64,000 nucleotides of DNA, from the NCBI RefSeq assembly GCF_044324785.1, contig NZ_CP172127.1; one strand, written 5' to 3'. Origin of the DNA: Escherichia coli (GTDB taxonomy: Bacteria > Pseudomonadota > Gammaproteobacteria > Enterobacterales > Enterobacteriaceae). Positions 40,925 through 55,971 of the stretch are shown here, piece by piece (position 1 is the first letter of the stretch; each line of letters starts with the position of its first letter). Position numbers and translations under genes: made by a program. Under the pieces are notes generated by a model, which searched no databases, had not been told where the DNA came from, and was given only the letters and a program-made list of their open reading frames with translations.

Positions 40925-41335
40925 TTAGCGTGGTAAGATCTGTGTAGTTTTCTGGATGCTTTCAGTAAATAGTAATGAATTATCAAAGGTATAGTAATAT
41001 CTTTTTTGTTCGTGGATATTTGTAACCCACCGAAAAACTCCTGCTTTAGCAAGGTTTCTTCTGTATTCCTGAAATGTGATCTCTCTGGATTTCAGCTTAT
41101 TAGAGGTCGTTTCTATAAGATGCCTATCCTTTGAAAATTTGACAGACACAATGTTTTTTAGGCCCTTTAATAACACTGTATTATCATTTTTTAATACAAT
41201 ATGAACATTCTCTGTGGCTAAATAGTAAATGTAATGTGAGACATTGTGACGTTTTAGCTCAGAATAAAACCATTGATAGTTTAAATCGTTTCGAACTTTA
41301 TCAAATATTTGTTTAAAAATGACTACCTGATCCAT
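40925..41335 (-). CDS. ydfO: DUF1398 prophage protein YdfO
   Basis: About 136 aa, conserved position before the cos/Nu1 region. Confidence 0.75.
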
Positions 41336-41392
41336 AGATAAACCTTCCATATGATATGAGGGGGCGTAGTCTGCACGATTATCTAAATTGCT

Positions 41393-41626
41393 TCAATCTG
41401 GTCTGACCTGTTTTCTGAGCAATTCAGTAATGTCACTCTTTTCTTTGTTTGCTTCAGAAGAAACTCTTTTTTCTGAGCACAGTCTCCGGCGGCAGGCTTC
41501 AATGACCCAGGCTGAGAAATTCCCGGACCCTTTTTGCTCAAGAGCGATGTTAATTTGTTCAATCATTTGGTTAGGAAAGCGGATGTTGCGGGTTGTTGTT
41601 CTGCGGGTTCTGTTCTTCGTTGACAT
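41393..41626 (-). CDS. ynfO: small ribbon-helix-helix-like DNA-binding protein (YnfO position)
   Basis: 77-aa ORF with RHH-like segment IRFPNQMIEQINIALEQKG. Confidence 0.55.
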   Translation of the reverse strand: MSTKNRTRRTTTRNIRFPNQMIEQINIALEQKGSGNFSAWVIEACRRRLCSEKRVSSEANKEKSDITELLRKQVRPD

Positions 41627-41825
41627 GAGGTTGTCCCGTATTCAGTGTCGCTGATTTGTATTGTCTGAAGTTGTTTTTACGTTAAGTTGATGCAGATCAA
41701 TTAATACGATATCTGCGTCATAATTGATTATTTGACGTGGTTTGATGGCGTAGATGCACGTTGTGACATGCAGATGATAATTATTATCATTTTGCGGGTC
41801 CTTTCCGGCGATCCGACAGGTTACG

Positions 41826-42014
41826 GGGCGGCGACCTCGCGGGTTTTCGCTATTTATGAAAATTTTCCGGTTTAAGGCATTTCCGTTCTTCTTCGTCGTA
41901 ACTTAATGTTTTTATTTAAAATACCCCCTGAAAAGAAAGGAAACAACAGGTGCTGAAAACGAGCTTTTGGGCCTCTGTCGTTTCCTTTCTCTGTTTTTGG
42001 CCGTGGAATGAACA
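41826..42014 (+). other. lambda-type cos site: cosN cohesive-end sequence GGGCGGCGACCT (41826-41837) followed by the cosB region
   Basis: ACAGGTTACG + GGGCGGCGACCT + CGCGGGTTTTCGCTATTTATGAAAATTTTCCGG matches the recalled lambda right-end/left-end junction; Nu1 starts at 42015. Confidence 0.85.
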
Positions 42015-42534
42015 ATGGAAGTCAACAAAAAGCAGCTGGCTGACATTTTCGGTGCGAGTATCCGTACCATTCAGAACTGGCAGGAACAGGGAATGCCCGT
42101 TCTGCGAGGCGGTGGCAAGGGTAATGAGGTGCTTTATGACTCTGCCGCCGTTATAAGATGGTATGCCGAAAGGGATGCTGAAATTGAGAACGAAAAGCTG
42201 CGCCGGGAAGTTGAAGAACTGCGGCAGGCCAGCGAGACAGATCTCCAGCCAGGGACTATTGAGTACGAACGCCATCGACTTACGCGTGCGCAGGCCGACG
42301 CACAGGAGCTGAAAAATGCCAGAGACTCCGCTGAAGTGGTGGAAACCGCATTCTGTACTTTCGTGCTGTCGCGGATCGCAGGTGAAATTGCCAGTATTCT
42401 CGACGGGATCCCCCTGTCGGTGCAGCGGCGTTTTCCGGAACTGGAAAACCGACATGTTGATTTCCTGAAACGGGATATCATCAAAGCCATGAACAAAGCA
42501 GCCGCGCTGGATGAACTGATACCGGGGTTGCTGA

Positions 42535-42560
<26 letters not shown>
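42015..42560 (+). CDS. nohA: terminase small subunit (lambda Nu1 homolog)
   Basis: 181 aa MEVNKKQLADIFGASIRTIQNWQEQGMPVLRGGGKGNEVLYD, matches recalled lambda Nu1. Confidence 0.9.
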
Positions 42561-46241
<3,681 letters not shown>

Positions 46242-46261
<20 letters not shown>

Positions 46262-47561
46262 TCTCCCGCATATTGCCAGCATGGCTTTTAATGAGCCGCT
46301 GATGCTTGAACCCGCCTATGCGCGGGTTTTCTTTTGTGCGCTTGCAGGCCAGCTTGGGATCAGCCGCCTGACGGATGCGGTGTCCGGCGACAGCCTGACT
46401 GCCCAGGAGGCACTCGCGACGCTGGCATTATCCGGTGATGATGACGGACCACGACAGGCCCGCAGTTATCAGGTCATGAACGGCATCGCCGTGCTGCCGG
46501 TGTCCGGCACGCTGGTCAGCCGGACGCGGGCGCTGCAGCCGTACTCGGGGATGACCGGTTACAACGGCATTATCGCCCGTCTGCAACAGGCTGCCAGCGA
46601 TCCGATGGTGGACGGCATTCTGCTCGATATGGACACGCCCGGCGGGATGGTGGCGGGGGCATTTGACTGCGCTGACATCATCGCCCGTGTGCGTGACATA
46701 AAGCCGGTATGGGCGCTGGCCAATGACATGAACTGCAGCGCAGGTCAGCTGCTTGCCAGTGCCGCCTCCCGGCGTCTGGTCACGCAGACCGCCCGGACAG
46801 GCTCCATCGGCGTCATGATGGCTCACAGTAATTACGGCGCTGCACTGGAGAAACAGGGCGTGGAAATCACGCTGATTTACAGCGGCAGCCATAAGGTGGA
46901 TGGCAATCCCTACAGCCATCTTCCGGATGACGTCCGGGAGACACTGCAGTCCCGGATGGACGCAACCCGCCAGATGTTTGCGCAGAAGGTGTCGGCATAT
47001 ACCGGCCTGTCTGTGCAGGCTGTGCTGGATACCGAGGCTGCAGTGTACAGCGGTCAGGAGGCCATTGATGCCGGACTGGCTGATGAACTTGTCAACAGCA
47101 CCGATGCGATCACCGTTATGCGTGATGCACTGGATGCACGTAAATCCCGTCTCTCAGGAGGGCGAATGACCAAAGAGACTCAATCAACAACTGTTTCAGC
47201 CACTGCTTCGCAGGCTGACGTTACTGACGTGGTGCCAGCGACGGAGGGCGAAAACGCCAGCGCGGCGCAGCCGGACGTGAACGCGCAGATCACCGCTGCG
47301 GTTGCGGCAGAAAACAGCCGCATTATGGGGATCCTCAACTGTGAGGAGGCTCACGGACGCGAAGAACAGGCCCGCGTGCTGGCAGAAACCCCCGGTATGA
47401 CCGTGGAAACGGCCCGCCGCATTCTGGCAGCTGCACCACAGAGTGCACAGGCGCGCAGTGACACTGCGCTGGATCGTCTGATGCAGGGGGCACCGGCACC
47501 GCTGGCTGCAGGTAACCCGGCATCTGATGCCGTTAACGATTTGCTGAACACACCAGTGTAA
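46242..47561 (+). CDS. C: head maturation protease/scaffold gpC with in-frame nested Nu3
   Basis: GTG start after GGAGGAG ribosome-binding site, 439 aa (VTAELRNLPHIASMAF...). Confidence 0.9.
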
Positions 47562-47570
47562 GGGATGTTT

Positions 47571-47903
47571 ATGACGAGCAAAGAAACCTTTACCCATTAC
47601 CAGCCGCTGGGCAACAGTGACCCGGCTCATACCGCAACCGCGCCCGGCGGATTGAGTGCGAAAGCGCCTGCAATGACCCCGCTGATGCTGGACACCTCCA
47701 CCCGTAAGCTGGTTGCGTGGGATGGCACCACCGACGGTACTGCCGTTGGCATTCTGGCGGTTGATGCTGACCAGACCAGCACCACGCTGACGTTCTACAA
47801 GTCCGGCACGTTCCGTTATGAGGATGTGCTCTGGCCGGAGGCTGCCAGCGACGAGACGAAAAAACGGACCGCGTTTGCCGGAACGGCAATCAGCATCGTT
47901 TAA
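47571..47903 (+). CDS. D: head decoration protein gpD
   Basis: 110 aa from [12 protein letters not shown]. Confidence 0.9.
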   Translation: MTSKETFTHYQPLGNSDPAHTATAPGGLSAKAPAMTPLMLDTSTRKLVAWDGTTDGTAVGILAVDADQTSTTLTFYKSGTFRYEDVLWPEAASDETKKRTAFAGTAISIV

Positions 47904-47958
47904 CTTTACCCTTCATCACTAAAGGCCGCCTGTGCGGCTTTTTTTACGGGATTTTTTT

Positions 47959-48984
47959 ATGTCGATGTACACAACCGCCCAGCTGCTGGCGGCAAATGAG
48001 CAGAAATTTAAGTTTGATCCGCTGTTTCTGCGTCTCTTTTTCCGTGAGAGCTATCCCTTCACTACGGAGAAAGTCTATCTCTCACAAATTCCGGGACTGG
48101 TAAACATGGCGCTGTACGTTTCGCCGATTGTTTCCGGTGAGGTTATCCGTTCCCGTGGCGGCTCCACCTCTGAATTTACGCCGGGATATGTCAAACCCAA
48201 GCATGAAGTGAATCCGCAGATGACCCTGCGTCGCCTGCCGGATGAAGATCCGCAGAATCTGGCGGACCCGGCTTACCGCCGCCGTCGCATCATCCTGCAG
48301 AACATGCGTGACGAAGAGCTGGCCATTGCTCAGGTCGAAGAGATGCAGGCAGTTTCTGCCGTGCTCAAGGGCAAATACACCATGACCGGTGAAGCCTTCG
48401 ATCCGGTTGAGGTGGATATGGGCCGCAGTGCGGCGAACAACATCACGCAGTCCGGCGGCACGGAGTGGAGCAAGCGTGACAAGTCCACGTATGACCCGAC
48501 CGACGATATCGAAGCCTACGCGCTGAACGCCAGCGGCGTGGTGAATATCATCGTGTTTGATCCGAAAGGCTGGGCGCTGTTCCGTTCCTTCAAAGCCGTC
48601 AAGGAGAAGCTGGATACCCGTCGCGGCTCTCATTCCGAGCTGGAGACAGCGGTAAAAGACCTGGGCAAAGCGGTGTCCTATAAGGGAATGTATGGCGATG
48701 TGGCCATCGTCGTGTATTCCGGACAGTACGTGGAAAACGGCGTCAAAAAGAACTTCCTGCCGGACAACACGATGGTGCTGGGTAACACTCATGCACGCGG
48801 TCTGCGCACCTATGGCTGTATTCAGGATGCGGATGCATTGAGTGAGGGTATTAATGCGTCTCCCCGTTATCCGAAAAACTGGAAGACATCCGGCGATCCG
48901 GCGCGAGAGTTCACCATGATTCAGTCAGCACCGCTGATGCTGCTGGCTGATCCTGATGAGTTCGTGTCCGTTCAACTGGCGTAA
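47959..48984 (+). CDS. E: major capsid protein gpE
   Basis: 341 aa from MSMYTTAQLLAANEQKF. Confidence 0.95.
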   Translation: MSMYTTAQLLAANEQKFKFDPLFLRLFFRESYPFTTEKVYLSQIPGLVNMALYVSPIVSGEVIRSRGGSTSEFTPGYVKPKHEVNPQMTLRRLPDEDPQNLADPAYRRRRIILQNMRDEELAIAQVEEMQAVSAVLKGKYTMTGEAFDPVEVDMGRSAANNITQSGGTEWSKRDKSTYDPTDDIEAYALNASGVVNIIVFDPKGWALFRSFKAVKEKLDTRRGSHSELETAVKDLGKAVSYKGMYGDVAIVVYSGQYVENGVKKNFLPDNTMVLGNTHARGLRTYGCIQDADALSEGINASPRYPKNWKTSGDPAREFTMIQSAPLMLLADPDEFVSVQLA

Positions 48985-49025
48985 TCATGGCCCTTCGGGG
49001 CCATTGTTTCTCTGTGGAGGAGTCC

Positions 49026-49421
49026 ATGACGAAAGATGAACTGATTGCCCGTCTCCGCTCGCTGGGTGAACAACTGAACCGTGATATCAGCCTGACGGGG
49101 ACGAAAGAAGAACTGGCGCTCCGTGTGGCAGAGCTGGAAGAAGAGCTTGATGACACGGGCGACACTGCCGGTCAGGATACCCCTCTCAGCCCGGAAAATG
49201 TGCTGACCGGACATGAAAATGAGGTTGTATCAGCGCAGCCGGATACCGTGACTGATACGGCTGATCTGGTCACGGTTGTGGCACTGGTGACGCTGCATAC
49301 TGATGCACTTCACGCCACGCGGGATGAGGCTGTGGCATTTGTGCTGCCGGGAACGGCGTTCCGTGTCTCTGCCGGTGTGGCAGCTGAAATGACAGAGCGC
49401 GGCCTGGCCAGAATGCAATAA
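49026..49421 (+). CDS. FI: DNA packaging protein gpFI
   Basis: Starts MTKDELIARLRSLGEQLN. Confidence 0.85.
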   Translation: MTKDELIARLRSLGEQLNRDISLTGTKEELALRVAELEEELDDTGDTAGQDTPLSPENVLTGHENEVVSAQPDTVTDTADLVTVVALVTLHTDALHATRDEAVAFVLPGTAFRVSAGVAAEMTERGLARMQ

Positions 49422-49432
49422 CGGGAGGCGCT

Positions 49433-49786
49433 GTGGCTGATTTCGATAACCTGTTCGATGCTGCCATTGCCTGCGCCGATGAAACGATACGCGGGTACAT
49501 GGGAACGTCAGCCACCATGACATCCGGTGAGCAGTCCGGTGCTGTGATACGTGGTGTTTTTGATGACCCTGAAAATATCAGCTATGCCGGACAGGGCGTG
49601 CGCGTTGAAGGCTCCAGCCCGTCCCTGTTTGTCCGGACTGATGATGTGCGGCAGCTGCGGCGCGGCGACACGCTGACCATCGGTGAGGAAAACTTCTGGA
49701 TAGACCGGATTTCGCCGGATGATGGCGGAAGCTGTCATCTCTGGCTTGGGCGGGGCGTACCGCCTGCCGTTAACCGTCGCCGCTGA
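49433..49786 (+). CDS. FII: head-tail connector gpFII
   Basis: 117 aa from MADFDNLFDAAIA. Confidence 0.9.
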   Translation: MADFDNLFDAAIACADETIRGYMGTSATMTSGEQSGAVIRGVFDDPENISYAGQGVRVEGSSPSLFVRTDDVRQLRRGDTLTIGEENFWIDRISPDDGGSCHLWLGRGVPPAVNRRR

Positions 49787-49797
49787 AAGGGGGATGT

Positions 49798-50376
49798 ATG
49801 GCCATAAAAGGTCTTGAGCAGGCCGTTGAAAACCTCAGCCGTATCAGCAGAACGGCGGTGCCCGGTGCCGCCGCAATGGCCATTAACCGCGTTGCTTCAT
49901 CCGCGATATCGCAGTCGGTGGCACAGGTTGCCCGTGAGACAAAGGTACGCCGGAAACTGGTAAAGGAAAGGGCCAGGCTGAAAAGGGCCACGGTCAAAAA
50001 TCCGCAGGCCAGAATCAGGGTTAACCGGGGGGATTTGCCCGTAATCAAGCTGGGTAACGCGCGGGTTGTCCTTTCCCGCCGCAGACGTCGTAAAAAGGGG
50101 CAGCGTTCATCCCTGAAAGGTGGCGGCAGCGTGCTTGTGGTGGGAAACCGTCGTATTCCCGGCGCGTTTATTCAGCAACTGAAAAATGGCCGGTGGCATG
50201 TCATGCAGCGTGTGGCCGGGAAAAACCGTTACCCCATTGATGTGGTGAAAATCCCGATGGCGGTGCCGCTGACCACGGCGTTTAAACAGAATATTGAACG
50301 GATACGGCGTGAACGTCTTCCGAAAGAGCTGGGCTATGCGCTGCAGCATCAACTGAGAATGGTAATAAAGCGATGA
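49798..50376 (+). CDS. Z: tail completion protein gpZ
   Basis: 192-aa ORF in lambda order. Confidence 0.9.
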   Translation: MAIKGLEQAVENLSRISRTAVPGAAAMAINRVASSAISQSVAQVARETKVRRKLVKERARLKRATVKNPQARIRVNRGDLPVIKLGNARVVLSRRRRRKKGQRSSLKGGGSVLVVGNRRIPGAFIQQLKNGRWHVMQRVAGKNRYPIDVVKIPMAVPLTTAFKQNIERIRRERLPKELGYALQHQLRMVIKR

Positions 50377-50768
50377 AACATACTGAACTCCGTGCAGCCG
50401 TACTGGATGCACTGGAGAAGCATGACACCGGGGCGACGCTTTTTGATGGTCGCCCCGCTGTTTTTGATGAGGCGGATTTTCCGGCAGTTGCCGTTTATCT
50501 CACCGGCGCTGAATACACGGGCGAAGAGCTGGACAGCGATACCTGGCAGGCGGAGCTGCATATCGAAGTTTTCCTGCCTGCTCAGGTGCCGGATTCAGAG
50601 CTGGATGCGTGGATGGAGTCCCGGATTTATCCGGTGATGAGCGATATCCCGGCACTGTCAGATTTGATCACCAGTATGGTGGCCAGTGGCTATGACTACC
50701 GGCGCGACGATGATGCGGGCCTGTGGAGTTCAGCCGATCTGACTTATGTCATTACCTATGAAATGTGA
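50373..50768 (+). CDS. U: tail terminator gpU
   Basis: 131-aa ORF in lambda order. Confidence 0.9.
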   Translation: MKHTELRAAVLDALEKHDTGATLFDGRPAVFDEADFPAVAVYLTGAEYTGEELDSDTWQAELHIEVFLPAQVPDSELDAWMESRIYPVMSDIPALSDLITSMVASGYDYRRDDDAGLWSSADLTYVITYEM

Positions 50769-50775
50769 GGACGAT

Positions 50776-51516
50776 ATGCCAACACCAAATCCTCTGGCAC
50801 CGGTGAAAGGGGCCGGGACCACCCTGTGGGTTTATAACGGGAGCGGCGACCCTTATGCAAACCCGCTTTCAGACAATGACTGGTCGCGTCTGGCAAAGGT
50901 TAAAGACCTGACGCCCGGCGAACTGACCGCTGAGTCCTATGACGACAGTTATCTCGATGATGAAGATGCGGACTGGACCGCGACCGGACAGGGGCAGAAA
51001 TCCGCCGGAGATACCAGCTTCACGCTGGCGTGGATGCCCGGAGAGCAGGGGCAGCAGGCGCTGCTGGCGTGGTTTAATGAAGGTGATACCCGTGCCTATA
51101 AAATCCGCTTCCCGAACGGCACGGTCGATGTGTTCCGCGGCTGGGTCAGCAGTATCGGTAAGGCGGTGACGGCGAAGGAAGTGATCACCCGCACGGTGAA
51201 AGTCACCAATGTGGGCCGTCCGTCGATGGCAGAAGATCACAGCACGGTCACAGCGGCAACCGGCATGACCGTGACGCCTGCCAGCACCTCGGTGGTGAAA
51301 GGGCAGAGCACCACGCTGACCGTGGCATTCCAGCCGGAAGGCGCAACCGACAAGAGCTTCCGTGCGGTGTCAGCGGATAAAACAAAAGCCACCGTGTCGG
51401 TCAGTGGTATGACCATCACCGTGAAAGGTGTTGCTGCAGGCAAGGTCAACATTCCGGTCGTATCCGGTAATGGTGAACTTGCTGCGGTTGCAGAAATCAA
51501 CGTCACCGCCAGTTAA
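50776..51516 (+). CDS. V: major tail protein gpV
   Basis: 246 aa from [20 protein letters not shown] with C-terminal Ig-like region. Confidence 0.9.
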   Translation: MPTPNPLAPVKGAGTTLWVYNGSGDPYANPLSDNDWSRLAKVKDLTPGELTAESYDDSYLDDEDADWTATGQGQKSAGDTSFTLAWMPGEQGQQALLAWFNEGDTRAYKIRFPNGTVDVFRGWVSSIGKAVTAKEVITRTVKVTNVGRPSMAEDHSTVTAATGMTVTPASTSVVKGQSTTLTVAFQPEGATDKSFRAVSADKTKATVSVSGMTITVKGVAAGKVNIPVVSGNGELAAVAEINVTAS

Positions 51517-51531
51517 TCCGGAGAGTCAGCG

Positions 51532-51954
51532 ATGTTCCTGAAAACCGAATCATTTGAACATAACGGTGTGACCGTCACGCTTTCTGAACTGTCAGCCCTG
51601 CAGCGTATTGAGCATCTCGCCCTGATGAAACGGCAGGCAGAACAGGCGGAGTCAGACAGCAACCGGAAGTTTACTGTGGAAGACGCCATCAGAACCGGTG
51701 CTTGTGTGGTGGCGATGTCCCTGTGGCATAACCATCCGCAGAAGACGCAGATGCCTTCCATGAATGAAGCCGTTAAACAGATTGAGCAGGAAGTGCTTAC
51801 CACCTGGCCTACAGAGGCAATTTCTCATGCTGAAAACGTGGTGTACCGGCTGTCCGGTATGTATGAGTTTGTGGTGAATGATGCCCCTGAACAGGCAGAG
51901 GATGCCGGGCCTGCAGAGCCTGTTTCTGCGGGAAAGTGTTCGACGGTGAGCTGA
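51532..51954 (+). CDS. G: tail assembly chaperone gpG
   Basis: 140-aa ORF ending just after the slippery site. Confidence 0.9.
   Translation: MFLKTESFEHNGVTVTLSELSALQRIEHLALMKRQAEQAESDSNRKFTVEDAIRTGACVVAMSLWHNHPQKTQMPSMNEAVKQIEQEVLTTWPTEAISHAENVVYRLSGMYEFVVNDAPEQAEDAGPAEPVSAGKCSTVS
51930..51936 (+). other. programmed -1 ribosomal frameshift heptamer G GGA AAG (G to G-T fusion)
   Basis: GGGAAAG in the G zero frame a few codons before the G stop; the -1 frame continues as the T ORF. Confidence 0.8.
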
Positions 51955-52370
51955 GTTTTGCCCTGAAACTGGCGCGCGAGATGGGGCGACCCGACTGGCG
52001 TGCCATGCTTGCCGGGATGTCATCCACGGAGTATGCCGACTGGCACCGCTTTTACAGTACCCATTATTTTCATGATGTTCTGCTGGATATGCACTTTTCC
52101 GGGCTGACGTACACCGTGCTCAGCCTGTTTTTCAGCGATCCGGATATGCATCCGCTGGATTTCAGTCTGCTGAACCGGCGCGAGGCTGACGAAGAGCCTG
52201 AAGATGATGTGCTGATGCAGAAAGCGGCAGGGCTTGCCGGAGGCGTTCGTTTTGGCCCGGACGGGAATGAAGTTATCCCCGCTTCCCCGGATGTGGCGGA
52301 CATGACGGAGGATGACGTAATGCTGATGACAGTATCAGAAGGGATCGCAGGAGGAGTCCGGTATGGCTGA
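51936..52370 (+). CDS. T: T portion of the gpG-T tail assembly chaperone fusion
   Basis: ORF in the -1 frame relative to G, running to the start of H. Confidence 0.85.
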   Translation: MFDGELSFALKLAREMGRPDWRAMLAGMSSTEYADWHRFYSTHYFHDVLLDMHFSGLTYTVLSLFFSDPDMHPLDFSLLNRREADEEPEDDVLMQKAAGLAGGVRFGPDGNEVIPASPDVADMTEDDVMLMTVSEGIAGGVRYG

Positions 52371-54942
52371 ACCGGTAGGCGATCTGGTCGTTGATTTAAG
52401 TCTGGATGCGGCCAGATTTGACGAGCAGATGGCCAGAGTCAGGCGTCATTTTTCCGGTACGGAAACTGATGCGAAAAAAACAGCGGCAGTCGTTGAACAG
52501 TCGCTGAGCCGACAGGCGCTGGCTGCACAGAAAGCGGGGATTTCCGTCGGGCAGTATAAAGCCGCCATGCGTATGCTGCCTGCACAGTTCACCGACGTGG
52601 CCACGCAGCTTGCAGGCGGGCAAAGTCCGTGGCTGATCCTGCTGCAACAGGGTGGTCAGGTTAAGGACTCCTTCGGCGGGATGATCCCCATGTTCAGGGG
52701 GCTTGCCGGTGCGATCACCCTGCCGATGGTGGGGGCCACCTCGCTGGCGGTGGCGACCGGTGCGCTGGCGTATGCCTGGTATCAGGGCAACTCAACCCTG
52801 TCCGATTTCAACAAAACGCTGGTCCTTTCCGGCAATCAGGCGGGACTGACGGCAGATCGTATTCTGGCCCTGTCCAGAGCCGGGCAGGCGGCAGGGCTGA
52901 CGTTTAACCAGACCAGCGAGTCACTGACGGCGCTGGTGAATGCCGGTGTGCGTGGTGGTGAGCAGTTTGAGGCGATCAGCCAGAGTGTGGCGCGTTTCTC
53001 CTCTGCATCCGGCGTGGAGGTGGACAAGGTCGCTGAAGCCTTCGGGAAGCTGACCACAGACCCGACGTCGGGACTGACAGCGATGGCACGTCAGTTCCAT
53101 AACGTGACGGCGGAGCAGATTGCGTATGTTGCTCAGTTGCAGCGTTCCGGAGATGAAGCCGGGGCATTGCAGGCGGCGAACGAGGCCGCAACGAAAGGGT
53201 TTGATGACCAGACCCGCCGCCTGAAAGAGAACATGGGCACGCTGGAGACCTGGGCAGACAGGACAGCACGGGCATTCAAATCCATGTGGGATTCGGTGCT
53301 GGATATTGGTCGCCCGGACACTGCCCAGGGAATGCTGGAGAAAGCAGAAAAGGCTTTTGATGAGGCGGACAAAAAATGGCAGTGGTATCAGAGCCGAAGC
53401 CACCGGCGCGGTAAAACCTCAGCATTTCTTGCCAATCTCCGGGGAGCATGGGAGGACAGAGCGAATGCGCAACTTGGGCTTTCAGCCGCCACGTTGCAGG
53501 CCGATCTTGAAAAGGCCAGAGAGATGGCAGCAAAGGACTGGGCCGAGTCTGAGGCATCACGGCTGAAATATACCGAAGAGGCGCAGAAGGCTTACGAACG
53601 CCTGCAGACGCCGCTGGAGAAATATACCGCCCGTCAGGAAGAACTGAACAAGGCACTGAAAGACGGGAAAATCCTGCAGGCAGATTACAACACGCTGATG
53701 GCGGCGGCGAAAAAGGATTATGAAGCGACGCTGAAAAAGCCGAAACAGTCCGGCGTGAAAGTGTCTGCGGGCGATCGTCAGGAAGACAGTGCTCATGCTG
53801 CCCTGCTGACGCTTCAGGCTGAACTCCGGACGCTGGAGAAGCATGCCGGAGCAAATGAGAAAATCAGCCAGCAGCGCCGGGATTTGTGGAAGGCGGAGAG
53901 TCAGTTCGCGGTACTGGAGGAGGCGGCGCAACGTCGCCAGCTGTCCGCACAGGAGAAATCCCTGCTGGCGCATAAAGATGAGACGCTGGAGTACAAACGC
54001 CAGCTGGCTGCACTTGGCGACAAGGTTACGTATCAGGAGCGCCTGAACGCGCTGGCGCAGCAGGCGGATAAGTTCGCACAGCAACAACGGGCAAAACGGG
54101 CAGCCATTGAGGCGAAAAACCGGGGGCTTACTGACCGGCAGGCAGCGCGGGAAGCCACAGAACAGCGCCTGAAGGAACAGTATGGCGATAATTCGCTGGC
54201 GCTGAATAACGTCATGTCAGAGCAGAAAAAGACCTGGGCGGCTGAAGACCAGCTTCGCGGGAGCTGGATGGCAGGCCTCAGGTCCGGCTGGAGTGAGTGG
54301 GAAGAGAGCGCCACGGACAGTATGTCGCAGGTTAAAAGTGCAGCCACGCAGACCTTTGATGGTATTGCGCAGAATATGGCGGCGATGCTGACCGGCAGTG
54401 AGCAGAACTGGCGCAGCTTCACCCGTTCCGTGCTGTCCATGATGACAGAAATTCTGCTTAAGCAGGCAATGGTGGGGATTGTCGGGAGTATCGGTAGCGC
54501 CATTGGCGGGGCTGTTGGTGGCGGCGCATCCGCATCAGGCGGTACAGCCATTCAGGCAGCTGCGGCGAAATTCCATTTTGCAACCGGAGGATTTACGGGA
54601 ACCGGCGGCAAATATGAGCCAGCGGGGATTGTTCACCGTGGTGAATTTGTCTTCACGAAGGAGGCAACCAGCCGAATTGGTGTCGGCAACCTGTACCGCC
54701 TGATGCGGGGCTATGCGGAAGGTGGTTATGTGGGCGGTGCCGGAAGTCCGGCGCAGATGCGGCGGGCTGAAGGCATTAATTTTAATCAGAACAATCACGT
54801 GGTGATTCAGAACGACGGTACGAATGGTCTGCCAGGTCCACAGATGATGAAGGCAGTGTATGACATGGCCCGCAAGGGTGCCCGTGATGAAATTCAGGCA
54901 CAGATGCGCGATGGTGGTCTGTTCTCCGGAGGTGGACGATGA
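52363..54942 (+). CDS. H: tail tape measure protein gpH
   Basis: 859 aa starting MAEPVGDLVVDLSLDAARFDEQ, coiled-coil rich, Gly-rich C-terminal part. Confidence 0.9.
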   Translation: MAEPVGDLVVDLSLDAARFDEQMARVRRHFSGTETDAKKTAAVVEQSLSRQALAAQKAGISVGQYKAAMRMLPAQFTDVATQLAGGQSPWLILLQQGGQVKDSFGGMIPMFRGLAGAITLPMVGATSLAVATGALAYAWYQGNSTLSDFNKTLVLSGNQAGLTADRILALSRAGQAAGLTFNQTSESLTALVNAGVRGGEQFEAISQSVARFSSASGVEVDKVAEAFGKLTTDPTSGLTAMARQFHNVTAEQIAYVAQLQRSGDEAGALQAANEAATKGFDDQTRRLKENMGTLETWADRTARAFKSMWDSVLDIGRPDTAQGMLEKAEKAFDEADKKWQWYQSRSHRRGKTSAFLANLRGAWEDRANAQLGLSAATLQADLEKAREMAAKDWAESEASRLKYTEEAQKAYERLQTPLEKYTARQEELNKALKDGKILQADYNTLMAAAKKDYEATLKKPKQSGVKVSAGDRQEDSAHAALLTLQAELRTLEKHAGANEKISQQRRDLWKAESQFAVLEEAAQRRQLSAQEKSLLAHKDETLEYKRQLAALGDKVTYQERLNALAQQADKFAQQQRAKRAAIEAKNRGLTDRQAAREATEQRLKEQYGDNSLALNNVMSEQKKTWAAEDQLRGSWMAGLRSGWSEWEESATDSMSQVKSAATQTFDGIAQNMAAMLTGSEQNWRSFTRSVLSMMTEILLKQAMVGIVGSIGSAIGGAVGGGASASGGTAIQAAAAKFHFATGGFTGTGGKYEPAGIVHRGEFVFTKEATSRIGVGNLYRLMRGYAEGGYVGGAGSPAQMRRAEGINFNQNNHVVIQNDGTNGLPGPQMMKAVYDMARKGARDEIQAQMRDGGLFSGGGR

Positions 54943-55268
54943 AGACCTTCCGCTGGAAAGTGAAACCCGGTATGGATGTGGCTTCGGCCCCTTCCGTCAG
55001 GAAAGTGCGCTTTGGTGATGGCTATTCCCAGCGAGCGCCTGCCGGGCTGAATGCCGACCTGAAAACGTACAGCGTGACGCTTTCTGTTCCCCGTTGGGAG
55101 GCCACGGCGCTGGAGTCGTTTCTGGCTGAGCACGGGGGCTGGAAAGCCTTTCTGTGGACGCCGCCTTATGAGTGGCGGCAGATAAAGGTGACCTGCGCAA
55201 AATGGTCGTCGCGGGTCAGTATGCTGCGTGTTGAGTTCAGCGCAGAGTTTGAACAGGTGGTGAACTGA
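54939..55268 (+). CDS. M: tail tip protein gpM
   Basis: 109-aa ORF in lambda order. Confidence 0.9.
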   Translation: MKTFRWKVKPGMDVASAPSVRKVRFGDGYSQRAPAGLNADLKTYSVTLSVPRWEATALESFLAEHGGWKAFLWTPPYEWRQIKVTCAKWSSRVSMLRVEFSAEFEQVVN

Positions 55269-55966
55269 TGCAGGATATCCGGCAGGAAACACTGAATGAA
55301 TGCACCCGTGCGGAGCAGTCGGCCAGCGTGGTGCTCTGGGAAATCGACCTGACAGAGGTCGGTGGAGAACGTTATTTTTTCTGTAATGAGCAGAACGAAA
55401 AAGGTGAGCCGGTCACCTGGCAGGGGCGACAGTATCAGCCGTATCCCATTCAGGGGAGTGGTTTTGAACTGAATGGCAAAGGCACCAGTACGCGCCCCAC
55501 ACTGACGGTTTCTAACCTGTACGGTATGGTCACCGGGATGGCGGAAGATCTGCAGAGTCTGGTCGGTGGAACGGTGGTCCGGCGTAAGGTTTACGCCCGT
55601 TTTCTGGATGCGGTGAACTTCGTCAACGGAAACAGTGGCGCCGATCCGGAGCAGGAGGTGATCAGCCGCTGGCGCATTGAGCAGTGCAGCGAACTGAGCG
55701 CGGTGAGTGCCTCTTTTGTACTGTCCACGCCGACGGAAACGGATGGCGCTGTTTTTCCGGGACGTATCATGCTGGCCAACACCTGCACCTGGACCTATCG
55801 CGGTGACGAGTGCGGTTATAGCGGTCCGGCTGTCGCGGATGAATATGACCAGCCAACGTCCGATATCACGAAGGATAAATGCAGCAAATGCCTGAGCGGT
55901 TGTAAGTTCCGCAATAACGTCGGCAACTTTGGCGGCTTCCTTTCCATTAACAAACTTTCGCAGTAA
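55268..55966 (+). CDS. L: tail tip protein gpL
   Basis: 232-aa ORF in lambda order. Confidence 0.9.
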   Translation: MQDIRQETLNECTRAEQSASVVLWEIDLTEVGGERYFFCNEQNEKGEPVTWQGRQYQPYPIQGSGFELNGKGTSTRPTLTVSNLYGMVTGMAEDLQSLVGGTVVRRKVYARFLDAVNFVNGNSGADPEQEVISRWRIEQCSELSAVSASFVLSTPTETDGAVFPGRIMLANTCTWTYRGDECGYSGPAVADEYDQPTSDITKDKCSKCLSGCKFRNNVGNFGGFLSINKLSQ

Positions 55967-55971
55967 ATCCC

